Positions 1 to 12,295 are shown, counted from the stretch's first letter. The stretch: DNA of 32,000 bases from Zygophlyctis sp. KS116 (GCA_054661495.1 BAAFSQ010000040.1:1-32000); one strand, 5' to 3'. Numbers and translations: made by a program. Notes: generated by a model not told the origin, from the letters alone.

Positions 1-1264
1 ATTATAACTGGAGTTTTAGATTTGGAAATTCAAGTGGGATTTGATATTAAACAGCATGAATTGGATCAAGAGAAATTCAAGATTCAGAAACAAGACCTTT
101 TGCAACAAGAAAAATACAAGACTTTTGCCTTGTACTCTAAAAAAGTAAGCAAGTTTTATAAAGGAAAAGTGGTGGAATGATTTTTTAGAAATTAGATCTA
201 GTCACGCAAATAGACTAGTAAAAATATTTGTGCATTCAGAAACTGGAAGGAAAAGTGTAGTTTCTTCTTTTATAAGTCCTATAAAGGGTAATTTTAAAAG
301 TTAAAAATAGTTTCTTTTCTTGATACTCCAAGACATGCTGCTCGTTTTGTAAGTTTAATTCCAACTCAAGAAACGAATGACTCTGCCTTATCTGGGTATT
401 TAGTATTGATTTACTCTATAGTGATGTATGGCCAGATTTGCACACATTCTTGTCTCTAGGCAAAGGCTCAGAGATTGAGCATGCAATTCTATTATGTAAT
501 TTACTTCTTGGATTCTCCATGGAAGCATACTTGACTCTTGGTACTAATGACAACAATGCTAGTTATGCATGGGTAACTGTATTAAATAACGGTATATTAT
601 AAGAATTTATAACATTTTAGAAACACCTACATTTTGGGATCCTTTAACAGGGACTACTAGCAAGACTCCGTCATTTAATAGCCTTGGCTGTCTTTTCAAT
701 GACTCTAAATTCTATGCAAATATCTCCAATCTAGAATTTCCTAGTAAATTTAGACTATCAGACTCTAGTCTCTGGAAAGAATTAACTCTTCCGTCATGTA
801 TCAAAAAGCAAACAACAATTCCTATTCATCCAAATTCTCTGTATCCTTCAAGAGAGTCTTTAGAGTCTTGTATAAAGTCTGATTTGATCAAGTATATTCA
901 AATCTATCGTTCTAATCACTCTCTATCTACTCACATTGATGAAGAGTTATCATGGGTTCAAAGACAGAGTTTATGGAATCATGAGTTATCTAAACTAGTA
1001 GAATCTAAAGACTCTAACTTTGAATCATGCATATTATCTTATTTATCTCCTGGAACAATCTATAGAGGCTATCCCAGATCATTTAATTTTTTGGATTCTA
1101 TTAAAATCTTTCAGATTCTCTCTAAAAACAAGACTGCACGTTCAATACTTTTAGGGAATGGGGATGCAGTTAGACTTGGAGTATGCTGTCGAGTATTTTT
1201 CTATGGAGAGTCGTCTGTGAGTGTTTGGATTTTAGTTTCTGCAACTTTTGAAAATTTATTATGA
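1..1264 (+). CDS. CEP76: Centrosomal protein CEP76 (5'-partial), transglutaminase-like and C-terminal domains
   Basis: Removing introns 145-169, 288-310, 396-421 and 592-620 gives one frame: FALYSKKWWNDFLEIRSSHANRLVKIF...FLDTPRHAARFVSLIP...KGSEIEHAILLCNLLLGF...FWDPLTG...RLGVCCRVFFYGESSVSVWILVSATFENLL*. This matches CEP76 motifs (WWREYLQIR, LDTPRQAARFV, VRVFxYPESACAVW). Stop TGA at 1262-1264. Confidence 0.85.
288..310 (+). other. 23-nt spliceosomal intron (shortest inferred in the window)
   Basis: GTAATTTTAAAAGTTAAAAATAG; removal restores the CEP76 frame (PIK-V-SFLDTPRHAARF). Confidence 0.75.
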
Positions 1265-4200
1265 GTTTGTTGAAATCTAATCTAAAGATTAAGAGTTTTT
1301 CCTTTGATGCATCAGTGAATATTAAAGAGTCTAGTGATGACTCTGAGCCTGAAGAAACACAGCGGCCAAAGGAGAAGAAAATCAAGAAGAAATCTAAACG
1401 GAAAAGTGAAAGATCAAGAGCTGCCGAGGCCAAAGAGACAACTTATGTTGCAAAGGACTATGATACAAAAAATAATTTCAATAACAAGACTACAGAGGCC
1501 GTTCAAGTCAAAAGGCAAAAACAAACGACTCAATCTATAAACTTTGAAATTGATACTGTAGGAGAGCAGTTGAATCTTAAATATGGGACTGTGTATGGAG
1601 TTCCTATTCCTTCTTTCAATAGATGGGGGGATTGTATTCTAGGATCTAATAGTACATGGAAAATAGATGGTATGAAGCACAAATATCTCGTATTAAGTAA
1701 AACTATACAGAAGAGGATTAAATACCAAGACTTTCATCAAAAGGTCTCTATAAAAATTAAAGGAAAAGATGAGAATATGTCACAGGATTTTATTTCTTTT
1801 CAGGATATTTATAAAGAAAAAGTACAAGAAGAATCATTTCAAGTTCCTCTGGAAGATGAAGAATTTAAGAAAAATTCACATAATCTCAATAATAATGTAC
1901 AAAGTGATCCTTATAATTTGGAAAATTGGTTACAGTTGATTCAATTTCAAGATCAGTTGGCGAAAAATAAAGGAGATTTATCAAAAGATTCGTTAAATAG
2001 AGGGATTCAAGAAAAGAAAATGTACATGTATGAAAAGGCTTTGGAATATTTACCAGAAAATGAAGTATTAATCTCAAAATATCTCTCTTTATGTACGAAA
2101 ATTTTAGGTGATGCTGAAATATTGCAAAAATGGGATTTAATTCTAAAAGAAAATAATTCTTTTAGGCTTTGGAATGAATACATAACCTTTAGAATTTCTA
2201 ATTTTGCAAGTTTTTCAATTAATGCAATTTTACAAGTATTTGAAGAATGTTTTATTGCTCTATCAAAAGATATAAAGGATTCTAAAATCCAGGAAAACTT
2301 ACTCTGTATATTTACACGTTTGGCAGTGTTTTTATATCAAGCTGGTAAAGAATATATGCTTTAAAAAATAGGATATACAGAAAGGGCTATAGGTCTTTTT
2401 CAAGGAATGATTGAATTTTCTTGTTTTTGTCCAGATGCGTATTCAAGGCTAGATTTTGAACAGAAAAGAGATCTTTTTGAGATTTTTTGGGAAAAGGAGT
2501 TTCCGAGATTTGGGCAGGAAGGAGCGCCAGGATGGCAAAATACAATGTTTATGGGTATTTCCTGGAAAATTTATTAATTTTTAGATGCAAATGATTCAGA
2601 AAATGTTCAAGAAAGTGTTCCCGAGTCTGCATATGTCCCTTCGGATTCGGATGATGATTCTCAAAGTATACAAATTTAAATAACTTTATAGATTACGCTG
2701 TTCAATGGGTAAAGAAGGAAAAATTCTTGGAGTTTTATAATTGGTTGCCTCAAAATTCTGGTAAATTTGAATTGTAAATTCTAATCATATAGAGGAAGAA
2801 GTACAGGATCCTTTTAGAACTGTATTGTTTGAAGATATTAGACCGTTCTTGTTTGATTTGCGTGATATAGATGTCAAGTTTGATTTGATTCTAAATTTTA
2901 TTCATTTTTTGGGCGTTCCAGTTACAGATAACCGAATTTTTGCATCGCCCCTCCTCTACACTTTCTGGAAAAGTCATGACAATGTTGGTGCATTTGATTT
3001 TCCATTTTGTGCACCGAATCCTGGTTTTGGTGTATTTTTTACAGACTCAAATTGGTATCGTAATATTGGAGAAGAACAATTACAATTTATTGAAGCTTCT
3101 GGAGCAAACAAGAATGATTTTATCAGGTGAGAAATTTAAAAAGCTCAAAATAGAAATGTTTTTGAACAAACAAGGAAAATCGATGATTTTAAAGATAGAA
3201 TTTTACCTTTTATGCTCGTGTTTGAATGCTCATTTGACTATAAAAGGTATATATTAACTATTCTCAAAAAAGTGGTTATAATTTTTCAAAGTCAATGTTA
3301 AAATCTGAAAAATCAAATGTATATCTTTGGAACTCTTTTGCACATTTGGAACAGAACAATTCTAAAATGACAGAGGTAGTAAATTAACAATTTGACTTTA
3401 GGCCAAAAAAGTATACCTAACTGCTCTTGAAGCATTTAAAACAGCATCAGACTCAAGAATGGGACTAGAATCAGTGTATATGTCTTTGGCAGAATTGGAA
3501 ATGCTTTTAGGAAATAGACAAGGCGCATTGTGTGTCTTGGTATCTTGTATCGAGAATATTTGGGAGGGGTATTTCAACACAACTTCTTTAAGAATATTAA
3601 GAGCCAAACAAGAATATTCATCTCAGATTACTAATTTGTTTGAATCAAAGTTTTATGAAAAATCAGTAGAATGCAGTTTTTTTACTCAATCTAAAGTCTA
3701 TAACGGACTTTTACTAGAATATTTGGCATCTGAAAATATTTCCTCTGTTTTAAACCAAATCAAAAACTATTCAGGCCTTTTAGAAAATTCTAGTTTTCTA
3801 GAGAAACTATATGAACTTGAATGTAAATTTCTATACCATTATGCTGTTTCATCTTCTGGCGGATATAAACCTGGATTAATTCGTGAATCACTTGAAAAGC
3901 TTCTTGATCTATATCCTAACAATACGATTTTCTTGAGCATGTAAATTTAAATTTTGCTAATTTCTATAGGTATGGATGGAATGAGAGAAAAAGTAATTTA
4001 GAAAGCAGAGCCCGCAGAATTCTCGATGATAAACTTTTAAAGTAATTTCCAAAATTTAAATTTGTAGATCAAACTCTTTAACTTTACGACTATATTTTCT
4101 ATGGTCAGAAATTCATCAAAAATCAAGTTTAAACATTTACTTTATCACATCCTTATTTGATAAATGTTTACAAGAGTAAGATTTTTTTAATTTTTAAATT

Positions 4201-4429
4201 TAGATGTAACAATCCCAGTCTTTGGATCTTGTACATCCAATTTGAAATTTCTAGAAATAATTTGATAAAGGCGAAATCTCTATATTTCCAAGCCATCAGA
4301 TCCTGTCCTTGGTGTAAAGAAATTTATCTCTTGTATGATCTAGTCTCTAAAGCTCTTGAAGAGTCTGATTTTGGACAAGTTGCCAGTGTCCTTGAAGACA
4401 AGGAGATTCGGACACGGTCAGTCCTCTAG
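1261..4429 (+). CDS. NRDE2: NRDE-2 family protein (nuclear RNAi/splicing/MTR4-associated, HAT repeats), multi-exon
   Basis: Lys-rich N-terminus, IDTVGEQLNLKYG, DPYNLENWLQLIQFQD, spliced QAG|YTERAIGLFQGMIEF, FEIFWEKEFPRFG, DPFRTVLFEDI, and C-terminal LWILYIQFE...QAIRSCPWCK...EDKEIRTR. Introns include 2345-2371, 2555-2584, 2666-2691, 2761-2792 and 3127-3153; later introns were only approximately resolved. Confidence 0.85.
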
Positions 4430-4436
4430 GTTGCGG

Positions 4437-4456
4437 TGACGCCAATGGTTGCGTCA
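4437..4456. promoter_or_regulatory. Inverted TGACGC half-sites flanking CCAAT upstream of RAB6
   Basis: TGACGC-CAATGGTT-GCGTCA in the 61-bp NRDE2-RAB6 spacer. Confidence 0.3.
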
Positions 4457-4490
4457 TTGATTTAAAGGATCGTGAGAAAGATTTTATAAA

Positions 4491-5205
<715 letters not shown>

Positions 5206-5310
5206 CCTCTGAATAAATTGTGATTTTTCATTTTCAATGTTTTTATTTTTTAGACTAATTTAAGAGTGGATTATAGTAAAAAAAGAGCGGATAATACTTT
5301 AAGAGTGATG

Positions 5311-5325
5311 ATGATGACTCATCAT
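5311..5325. promoter_or_regulatory. Pseudo-palindrome ATGATGACTCATCAT containing an AP-1/Gcn4 site (ATGACTCAT)
   Basis: Perfect 7-1-7 inverted repeat about 245 bp upstream of the velvet ATG. Confidence 0.4.
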
Positions 5326-5567
5326 TTGTCAGTCAAAGTTTCGGCAACGGCTTAAGTTTTGACCGAGACCTACCAACTGTGGCAGTGCTAGAGTGGCAGT
5401 AGAGTGGCTCCCCTTTTTAACAATTTTTCCTGTAATAAAAAACTTTATTTAGGCCTTACGTCTTAATTTCCTGTAAATTTTTCAAAAAGCCACTGTTAAA
5501 CAATGAAAAACACGCAAATTTCCATTGCTTTTGTTCCTATTTTAAAATCCAAATTACTGGTGTCAGC

Positions 5568-6327
5568 ATGAATAACACTTTGCCAGCTATAGAGTCTTCA
5601 AGATACTCACTCTTGATCATTCAGCAACCGGGGCCTCTCTCTGCTAGTTTTTTTCAAAGTTATAGAGAAAATGATAGGAAATCTGTGATTAATCCTTGTC
5701 CAATTCTACAATTAGTGACTATAAATTCATCTGGAAATATTGATAAATCTGTTGAATCTCTAGGAAATATTTCATATTTTATAGGAAATGCATCTATTCT
5801 TTCTATAGATGAAGAAGATGTTTCGTTTGTAAGTGTTGAATCTCTCTTAAAAAATCCAAAATCAGCAGTTTATGCATCTTCAATCAATGAAAAGTATGAT
5901 GATAATTTAAAAAGAGTCAAATACGAGAGATTATTAGATGGAACTACAGTCTCTCAATGTCATATACTAAGAGATGTATATGGTACTCTAGGAGCATATT
6001 TTGTTTTTGAAGACTTGTCAGTCAATTTAGAAGGCCTATATAGGCTAAAAATTTGCATTCATGATATATCTAGGTATAGTAAAATGTTTTTTTCTAATTA
6101 TTAGACATACTAAACCCATTTGTAGTATAGTCACTGAACCATTTAAAAGTCTGCATTCTAGAGAATATAATTATTTAGGAGGTAATTTAAAAAAAGATTT
6201 TACAAGACTAGAATCATCAGAAATTTCAAAAATCTTTGCTAGACAAGGGATTAGAATTCCAATAACGCGAAAATCTTCTACATATTTGTCTTGTTTGGAA
6301 CCAGAAGGTGAGAAGAGTGATAAGTAG
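5568..6327 (+). CDS. Velvet-domain protein (divergent, essentially domain-only)
   Basis: YSLLIIQQP...DRKSVINPCPILQL, GAYFVFEDLSVNLEGLYRLKICIHDI and IVTEPFKS...ESSEISKIFARQGIRIPI match the velvet motifs QQP, DPPPIVQL, FVFxDLSVRxEGxFRL and ESTxLSxxFAxQGxKIPIR. Introns 6074-6104 and 6182-6211. Confidence 0.82.
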
Positions 6328-6371
6328 ACTATTATAACTATTAATTGTAAATTAAAGGGAATATCAGTCTC

Positions 6372-6377
6372 ACGCGT
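6372..6377. promoter_or_regulatory. MCB-like ACGCGT upstream of CTDSPL2
   Basis: MluI-type site in a 59-bp AT-rich spacer, 9 nt before the ATG. Confidence 0.3.
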
Positions 6378-6386
6378 TTTAGGAAA

Positions 6387-7289
6387 ATGTCCAAGAAGAG
6401 AGTTTTGAGTCTTCCTTCTGCTTCTAATTTAATAACTTCAAAGAGACTGACGGTAGAGTCTGATCAGGAAATATTTTCTCCAGTTTACACTTTAGACTCT
6501 GACTCTTCTTCTGATGTGATACAACAAGTAGATTATGAGAATGATTTAGAATCTGATCCGTAAGTAATAGCTATTAATGCTAGATTTCTCTTTATTAAAA
6601 TGCTTCCTCCTCTAAGTCAAGAGCTAAAGAATAGAGCTCCGGTGCTGCCAAAGAAGACGAGGTCATCACCGCCAATTACGTTGGTCTTGGACTTGGATGA
6701 GACTTTGGTACATTGTAGTACTCTGCCTTTAGAAAATTCAGATTTGGAGTTTCCTGTAGAATTTAATGATGTTTTATATAATGTAAGTTGGATTTATATT
6801 TTGAACTCTAGGTATCATGTAAAATGAGGCCTCATAACTCAACTTTTCTGAAAAGAGTTGGAGAACTCTTTGAAATTGTTGTATTTACTGCATCACAAAA
6901 GGCATATGCTGATCATTTACTCAATATTCTTGATCCTGAAAAGAAATATATCAAATATAGGTTATTTAGGGAATCTTGCTTGTTTGTTGCTGGAAATTAT
7001 TTAAAGGATTTGACTGTTTTAGGAAGAGATTTGGCAAAAACTGTTATAGTAGATAACTCTCCTCAAGCTTTTGGATATCATGTAATTTTAATTAATTTAC
7101 TTGTAGTTGGATAATGGGATTCCTATTCTCTCTTGGTACAAGGATCCTGCAGATAAAGAGTTGTTATCTGTTTTAAAGTTTTTAGAGTCTATAAAGGATG
7201 CTCAAGATGTTAGGTAAATTAAATTTATGTGATTACCAAGGCCGCTCATAAGGCAACATTTTCAATTGTCAAAAAGGATTTTTGGTTAA
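6387..7289 (+). CDS. CTDSPL2: CTD small phosphatase-like 2 (SCP4/CTDSPL2; NIF/FCP1-like HAD phosphatase)
   Basis: DP|[35 protein letters not shown] (DxDxT motif), [33 protein letters not shown]|LDNGIPI. Introns 6560-6583, 6783-6811, 7082-7106 and 7214-7240. Confidence 0.9.
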
Positions 7290-7308
7290 TTTATTCTGTA
7301 TTATTTAA

Positions 7309-9094
7309 TCAAATTGGGGTTTTGAAATTGATTTGGCTCTGGTTTTTTCCCATTCCCTTGACATGAATTGAAATTGCACAAGAACAAATAGAGATAACAA
7401 ATAATATGTAATAAATTTAAATCCTATTGTCTGATTTTTCCCTAAAATTTACCTTGAATATTTGTAAATTTAGTCAACATTTCCTTCATACCATCTATTC
7501 CAATAGAATATCCAATCAAATTTGCAAACATCATGGTTCCAATGTTTAAAGAGGCACCAGCAGCGCACAAGTGTCGATGGAAAAATCCTAAGCGTTTTCT
7601 CCACTAGTGCTAAGAACAGGAGTCTTACCTCGGGAGTTGTAAAAGTTTTTGTAAAAATATATTCAGGAATCAGGAAAATTGCAATAATCCATCCCCATGC
7701 TAGTAAGTGGAGTTTAATATCATGCCAAAAGGCAACAAACGTGAATATAACCCAAATGTTATAAATTAACTTGTTTTTTCCACCAAGAGGGATATACATG
7801 TATCTAGATATTATTAGATTAAAATATACCGTATAATCCATCTATTGAATGACCTATGCCATGTTCTCCAAAACTCTGAGGGTGAATGCTGGTTAGTCAT
7901 GCACCGAGTCATATTTTCTACAGTGTCTATTCCATCTAATAATCCCTAGAATGAGAAATATAAAACGAGTAATAGGAAACAAATTCATACCCAGAGCCTA
8001 AAAAACTTCCAAATAACAGTTAACTTTAACCAAATATGTTTCAAACTCCAAAAACCAACCATTGTTATTTGAAATGGAGTAAATCCATCCCAAGCTCTTG
8101 ATTTTGATATTGCAATAACATGAAATGCATGAATCATAATTTCCATCAAACAAACCAGAAATATCCACCGAACCCCATAAATAAATGTAGAGTATAGAGT
8201 CACAGACTTTGATGGTTTCCTTGACTGAGTAATAAAATCATTAAATGTAATAATCGGTCCTGCCAAAAACAATGGTAAATACAAACTATATGCTAAAAAA
8301 TTAATCAAATTATAGTTTGACTCTGGGAGTGGAGCTTCTATCCTTAATTTAGCACAATCTCCTTCATCAAAACGCAATTCCTGACAATCTTTGCAATGCT
8401 TTTGATGATCTGAAACAGAAAATTCAGAGTTATTAGAGCGCCAATAGTTATCCATCCCAAACGATATCATCCTCAAGATACAAAAATTAAAGCTTCCAGT
8501 CCAATCCAATCCCATTCCTTTGTAACGACCCAAATAACTTAAAAGCTGTAAATCCGAGACGTCAAAAGCATCAATTACGAGCAGTAACAATACTGAAAAT
8601 ATCCAATACACTATTGGAGCAACATACTGCTTTTGAGTAAGTTTTGTGATAAAATAGAATAAGATATTGAAAAATAGAATTTTGAGCGTGTCTAGTCCAT
8701 AGAAAATAAAGAGAACAATGCATGATAATAATAATGAAGTGTAGAGTTTGACTGGAATAGCACGAGTAGAGGAATTATTAGATTTAGCGATAAATACTGT
8801 AAGTTGTGAAATACAGACATGAGCAATAGCGAGAAGAATTAATGATGATAAATTATTTCTAAAGCCTTTGTATTGAAGATCTGAATTATCCATTGGTCTG
8901 TTATTAAATAGATATCCAGGAGATAGACCGGGCACATCGTTGGAGCTAATGTCCCATGTGCATTTTACTATCAGCCATGAAATCCAGAGCATGGCGACAA
9001 TATAAATAACCAACTCAAGACCTCTTGCATTAGCCGTCGATTTAACTGCGAAGCGGGATCTTTTAGCAAACGAAGGGAGTAATGGGTCGCTCAT
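7309..9094 (-). CDS. GUP1: GUP1/HHAT-like membrane-bound O-acyltransferase (MBOAT)
   Basis: [76 protein letters not shown] and FVAFWHD (catalytic His); multiple hydrophobic segments. The last exon ends at TGA 7309-7311. Confidence 0.9.
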
Positions 9095-9124
9095 TAAATA
9101 TTTGTAAAAATCTTTACGGAATTT

Positions 9125-12100
9125 TTAACGTCCATAACTTTCAATCGGAGGACATGAGCACATCAGATTGCGATCTCCATACAAGTCATCTAATCTAGCT
9201 ACTGAGGGCCAAAATTTCCTATCCTTGAGACCTGGAACAGGGAATGCTGCAGTCTCTCTGGAATATGGGCGGTTCCATTCTCCAACTAGAAGTGACTCTA
9301 TTGGATGTGGAGCATTTTTCAATACATTATTGTCTTTAGGCTGAGACCCATTTTCAATTTCTGCAATTTCCTGTCTTATCTTTACCAATGCTTCTACAAA
9401 TCTATCAAGTTCGACAAGAGATTCCGACTCGGTAGGTTCAACCATTAATGTTCCTGAAACTGGAAATGACATTGTTGGACTATGAAAGCCATAATCCTGT
9501 TAATTTTAGAAAAAATTCAATTTACATGAAGTCGTTTAGCAATATCAATTGCTTCTATTCCTGCAGTTTGAGAAAATGGTCGGCAATCAATTATAAATTC
9601 ATGCGCACAATATCCTTTTTGGTTGGTATACAAAATTTCATAATGGTCTTTAAGTCTTATCATCAAGTAGTTGGCATTTAGCAATGCTACTTGTGTTGCC
9701 TTCTTTAGACCTTCATCTCCCATCATACGCAAGTAAGCCCAAGAAATGGGTAAAATAGAAGCAGAACCCCAAGGCGCCGCAGAGACTGGTCCAATCGCTT
9801 CATCAGCTCCAGCAGATGGTACTACCGGATGGCCAGGGAGAAAAGGTGCAAGGTGCTTCTTTACCCCAATCGGGCCCATGCCAGGGCCTCCACCCCCATG
9901 AGGAATACAAAAGGTCTTGTGTAAATTTAGATGGCAAACATCAGCACCTATTTCAGCGGGGTTACAGAGACCCATTTGTGCATTTAAATTGGCTCCGTCC
10001 ATATATACTTGGCCTCCAGCATCGTGTATAATTTGACATACTTCTTTAACAGCTTCCTCAAAAACCCCATACGTGGATGGGTATGTTATCATTGTAGCAG
10101 CGAGTTTGTCCTTATGTCTCTCAACCTTTTGTCTGAGGTCCTTCAAATCCAAATTGCCATACTCATCACATTTAACAATTACAACATCCAGCCCGCACAT
10201 TGCAGCAGATGCAGGATTTGTTCCATGTGCACTCACTGGAATTATACAAACATTGCGATGACCCTGCCCTATAGATTTCAAGTATTCTTGAATAACTCTT
10301 AGCCCTGTATATTCACCTTGAGCTCCTGAATTCGGCTGGAGAGATACTTTGTCGAATCCAGTTGCTTGAGAAAGAGCATAATCTAGCTCCTTAAATAAAC
10401 GCTGATACCCCTGAGCTTGATCTAGTGGAACAAATGGATGGATTTCACTGAATTCGGGCCATGTAACAGGAACCATTTCTGCAGTTGCATTTAATTTCAT
10501 TGTACAGCTTCCAAGCGGAATCATCGCATGAACCAAGGACAAATCTTTGCTTTGAAGATGGTGCATGTAGCGGAGCATATCAGTTTCAGAATGATATGAA
10601 TTAAATACAGGATGAGATAGGTATTTAGAGGTTCGAGTTAAAGTGTCTGGAAACATTCTACTTGGATTTGACTTTGTAATATTTAGAGACTCTGCCAATT
10701 TATCCAGATCATATGAAACCAAATCAGATCGTTTAGTGAGTCCTGCTTTATATTGTTCTTCAAATGAAGAGGTTTTAAATAGAACCACTAAATCAAAGAA
10801 ATCGTCCTTTGTGACTGTTTCATCCAAGGTGATTGCCACATGTGACTTGTCCACTTTTCGAATATTTATTTTCTTCTTGAGAGCAGATGATATCAAATCA
10901 TGAGAAGAATGATTCAATTTAATTAGAAGAGTATCAAAGAAATGCTTGTTTACAACTTGATGCTCACCACCTTCTTCAATAGACTTTGCCAAAACAGAAG
11001 TCAGATTGTGAATTCTTTGAGCAATCTCCTTGATCCCCTGGGGTCCATGATACACTAACTCTTAGGATTTTAAAACATACCAGCATAAAATGCAGCCATA
11101 TTCGCCAACAAAGCCTGAGCAGTACATATATTGCTTGTCGCCTTTTCTCTTTTTATATGCTGCTCTCTAGTTTGTAAAGCCAATCTATAAGCAATTTTCC
11201 CATTTGCATCTTTTGAAACCCCTACCAGCCTTCCTGGCATACGTCTCTTATGTTCATCCTTTACAGCAAAAAATGCAGCATGAGGCCCACCATAACCTAG
11301 AGGAACTCCAAATCTCTGAGAATTGCCCAACACGAAATCAGCACCCATTTCTCCTGGCGGCTTTAAGAGAGCCAAAGCCATTAAATCAGAAGCACAAGCT
11401 ACAAGTGCACCTTCTTGATGCGCTCTATTTATAAACTCTTCATAATCATGAATATAACCATTCAGTGTTGGATACTATTTAATTTAAAGTTTCTTAAATT
11501 ATACCTGTAAAAGCGTTCCCATCACGCTTCCTTTATATTTCTTCCAATCAAAATCTTTAAAATCCCCAGTCACTACCTGTATACCCAAACATTCAGCTCT
11601 AGTCTTTACACATGCAATAGTTTGAGGAAAACAGCCTTGATCTATAAAAAATACATTTTTTTTCTTATTAGATATAGACCAACACATTAGCATTGCTTCT
11701 GCAGCAGCCGTACCTTCATCTAATAACGAAGCATTAGCAATTGGTAATCCTATATCATGTTAATTTCAAGAATTACCTGTAAAATCCTGAATCATTTGTT
11801 GAAAATTTAATAAACTTTCCAATCGTCCTTGAGCAATTTCAGGTTGATATGGAGTATATTGAGTATACCAAGCAGGATTTTCCATGACATTTCTCAATAT
11901 CACCAATGGAGTATTTGTCCCTAATAGTTTTAGACACGGTTATTACCGCAATATCCCATTCCTAAATAACTCTTAAATCTCTGATTCATATTAGCGATTT
12001 CTTTTAGTCTCGTAATAACTTCAGACTCTGAGATTCCCTGACCGAGTCTTGTTGGCTTAATGACATGAATTCCTTGCGGAACTGTTTTATTGACCAAGTC

Positions 12101-12229
12101 ATCGAGCGATGACAGCTTTAGTGATTTCAGCATGGAACTTATTTCATTTTCTTCTGGACCGATATGTCGTTTTGGGAACGTATCCAGGGACGTATATATA
12201 GAGGACAATCGCCGAAAGAATCGTTTCAT
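9125..12229 (-). CDS. GCV2: Glycine dehydrogenase (decarboxylating), mitochondrial; glycine cleavage P protein
   Basis: Short Arg-rich presequence [67 protein letters not shown]-lysine motif [19 protein letters not shown] and [12 protein letters not shown]. Several short introns. Confidence 0.97.
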
Positions 12230-12295
12230 TGTTAGGGCTTTTTGTATCGGAGGAAACGAATCGATTATATCTATAACCGATTATGTTTTATTATC

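Noticed and set aside
1150-1170. Calicivirus-like TURBS (UGGGA) upstream of the ATGA overlap
   Set aside because: The sequence is TGGGGA about 100 nt upstream, an inexact match explained by the codons for NGD.
5305-5335. C/D box snoRNA suggested by ATGATGA
   Set aside because: No correctly placed downstream CTGA D box or terminal stem was seen on either strand.
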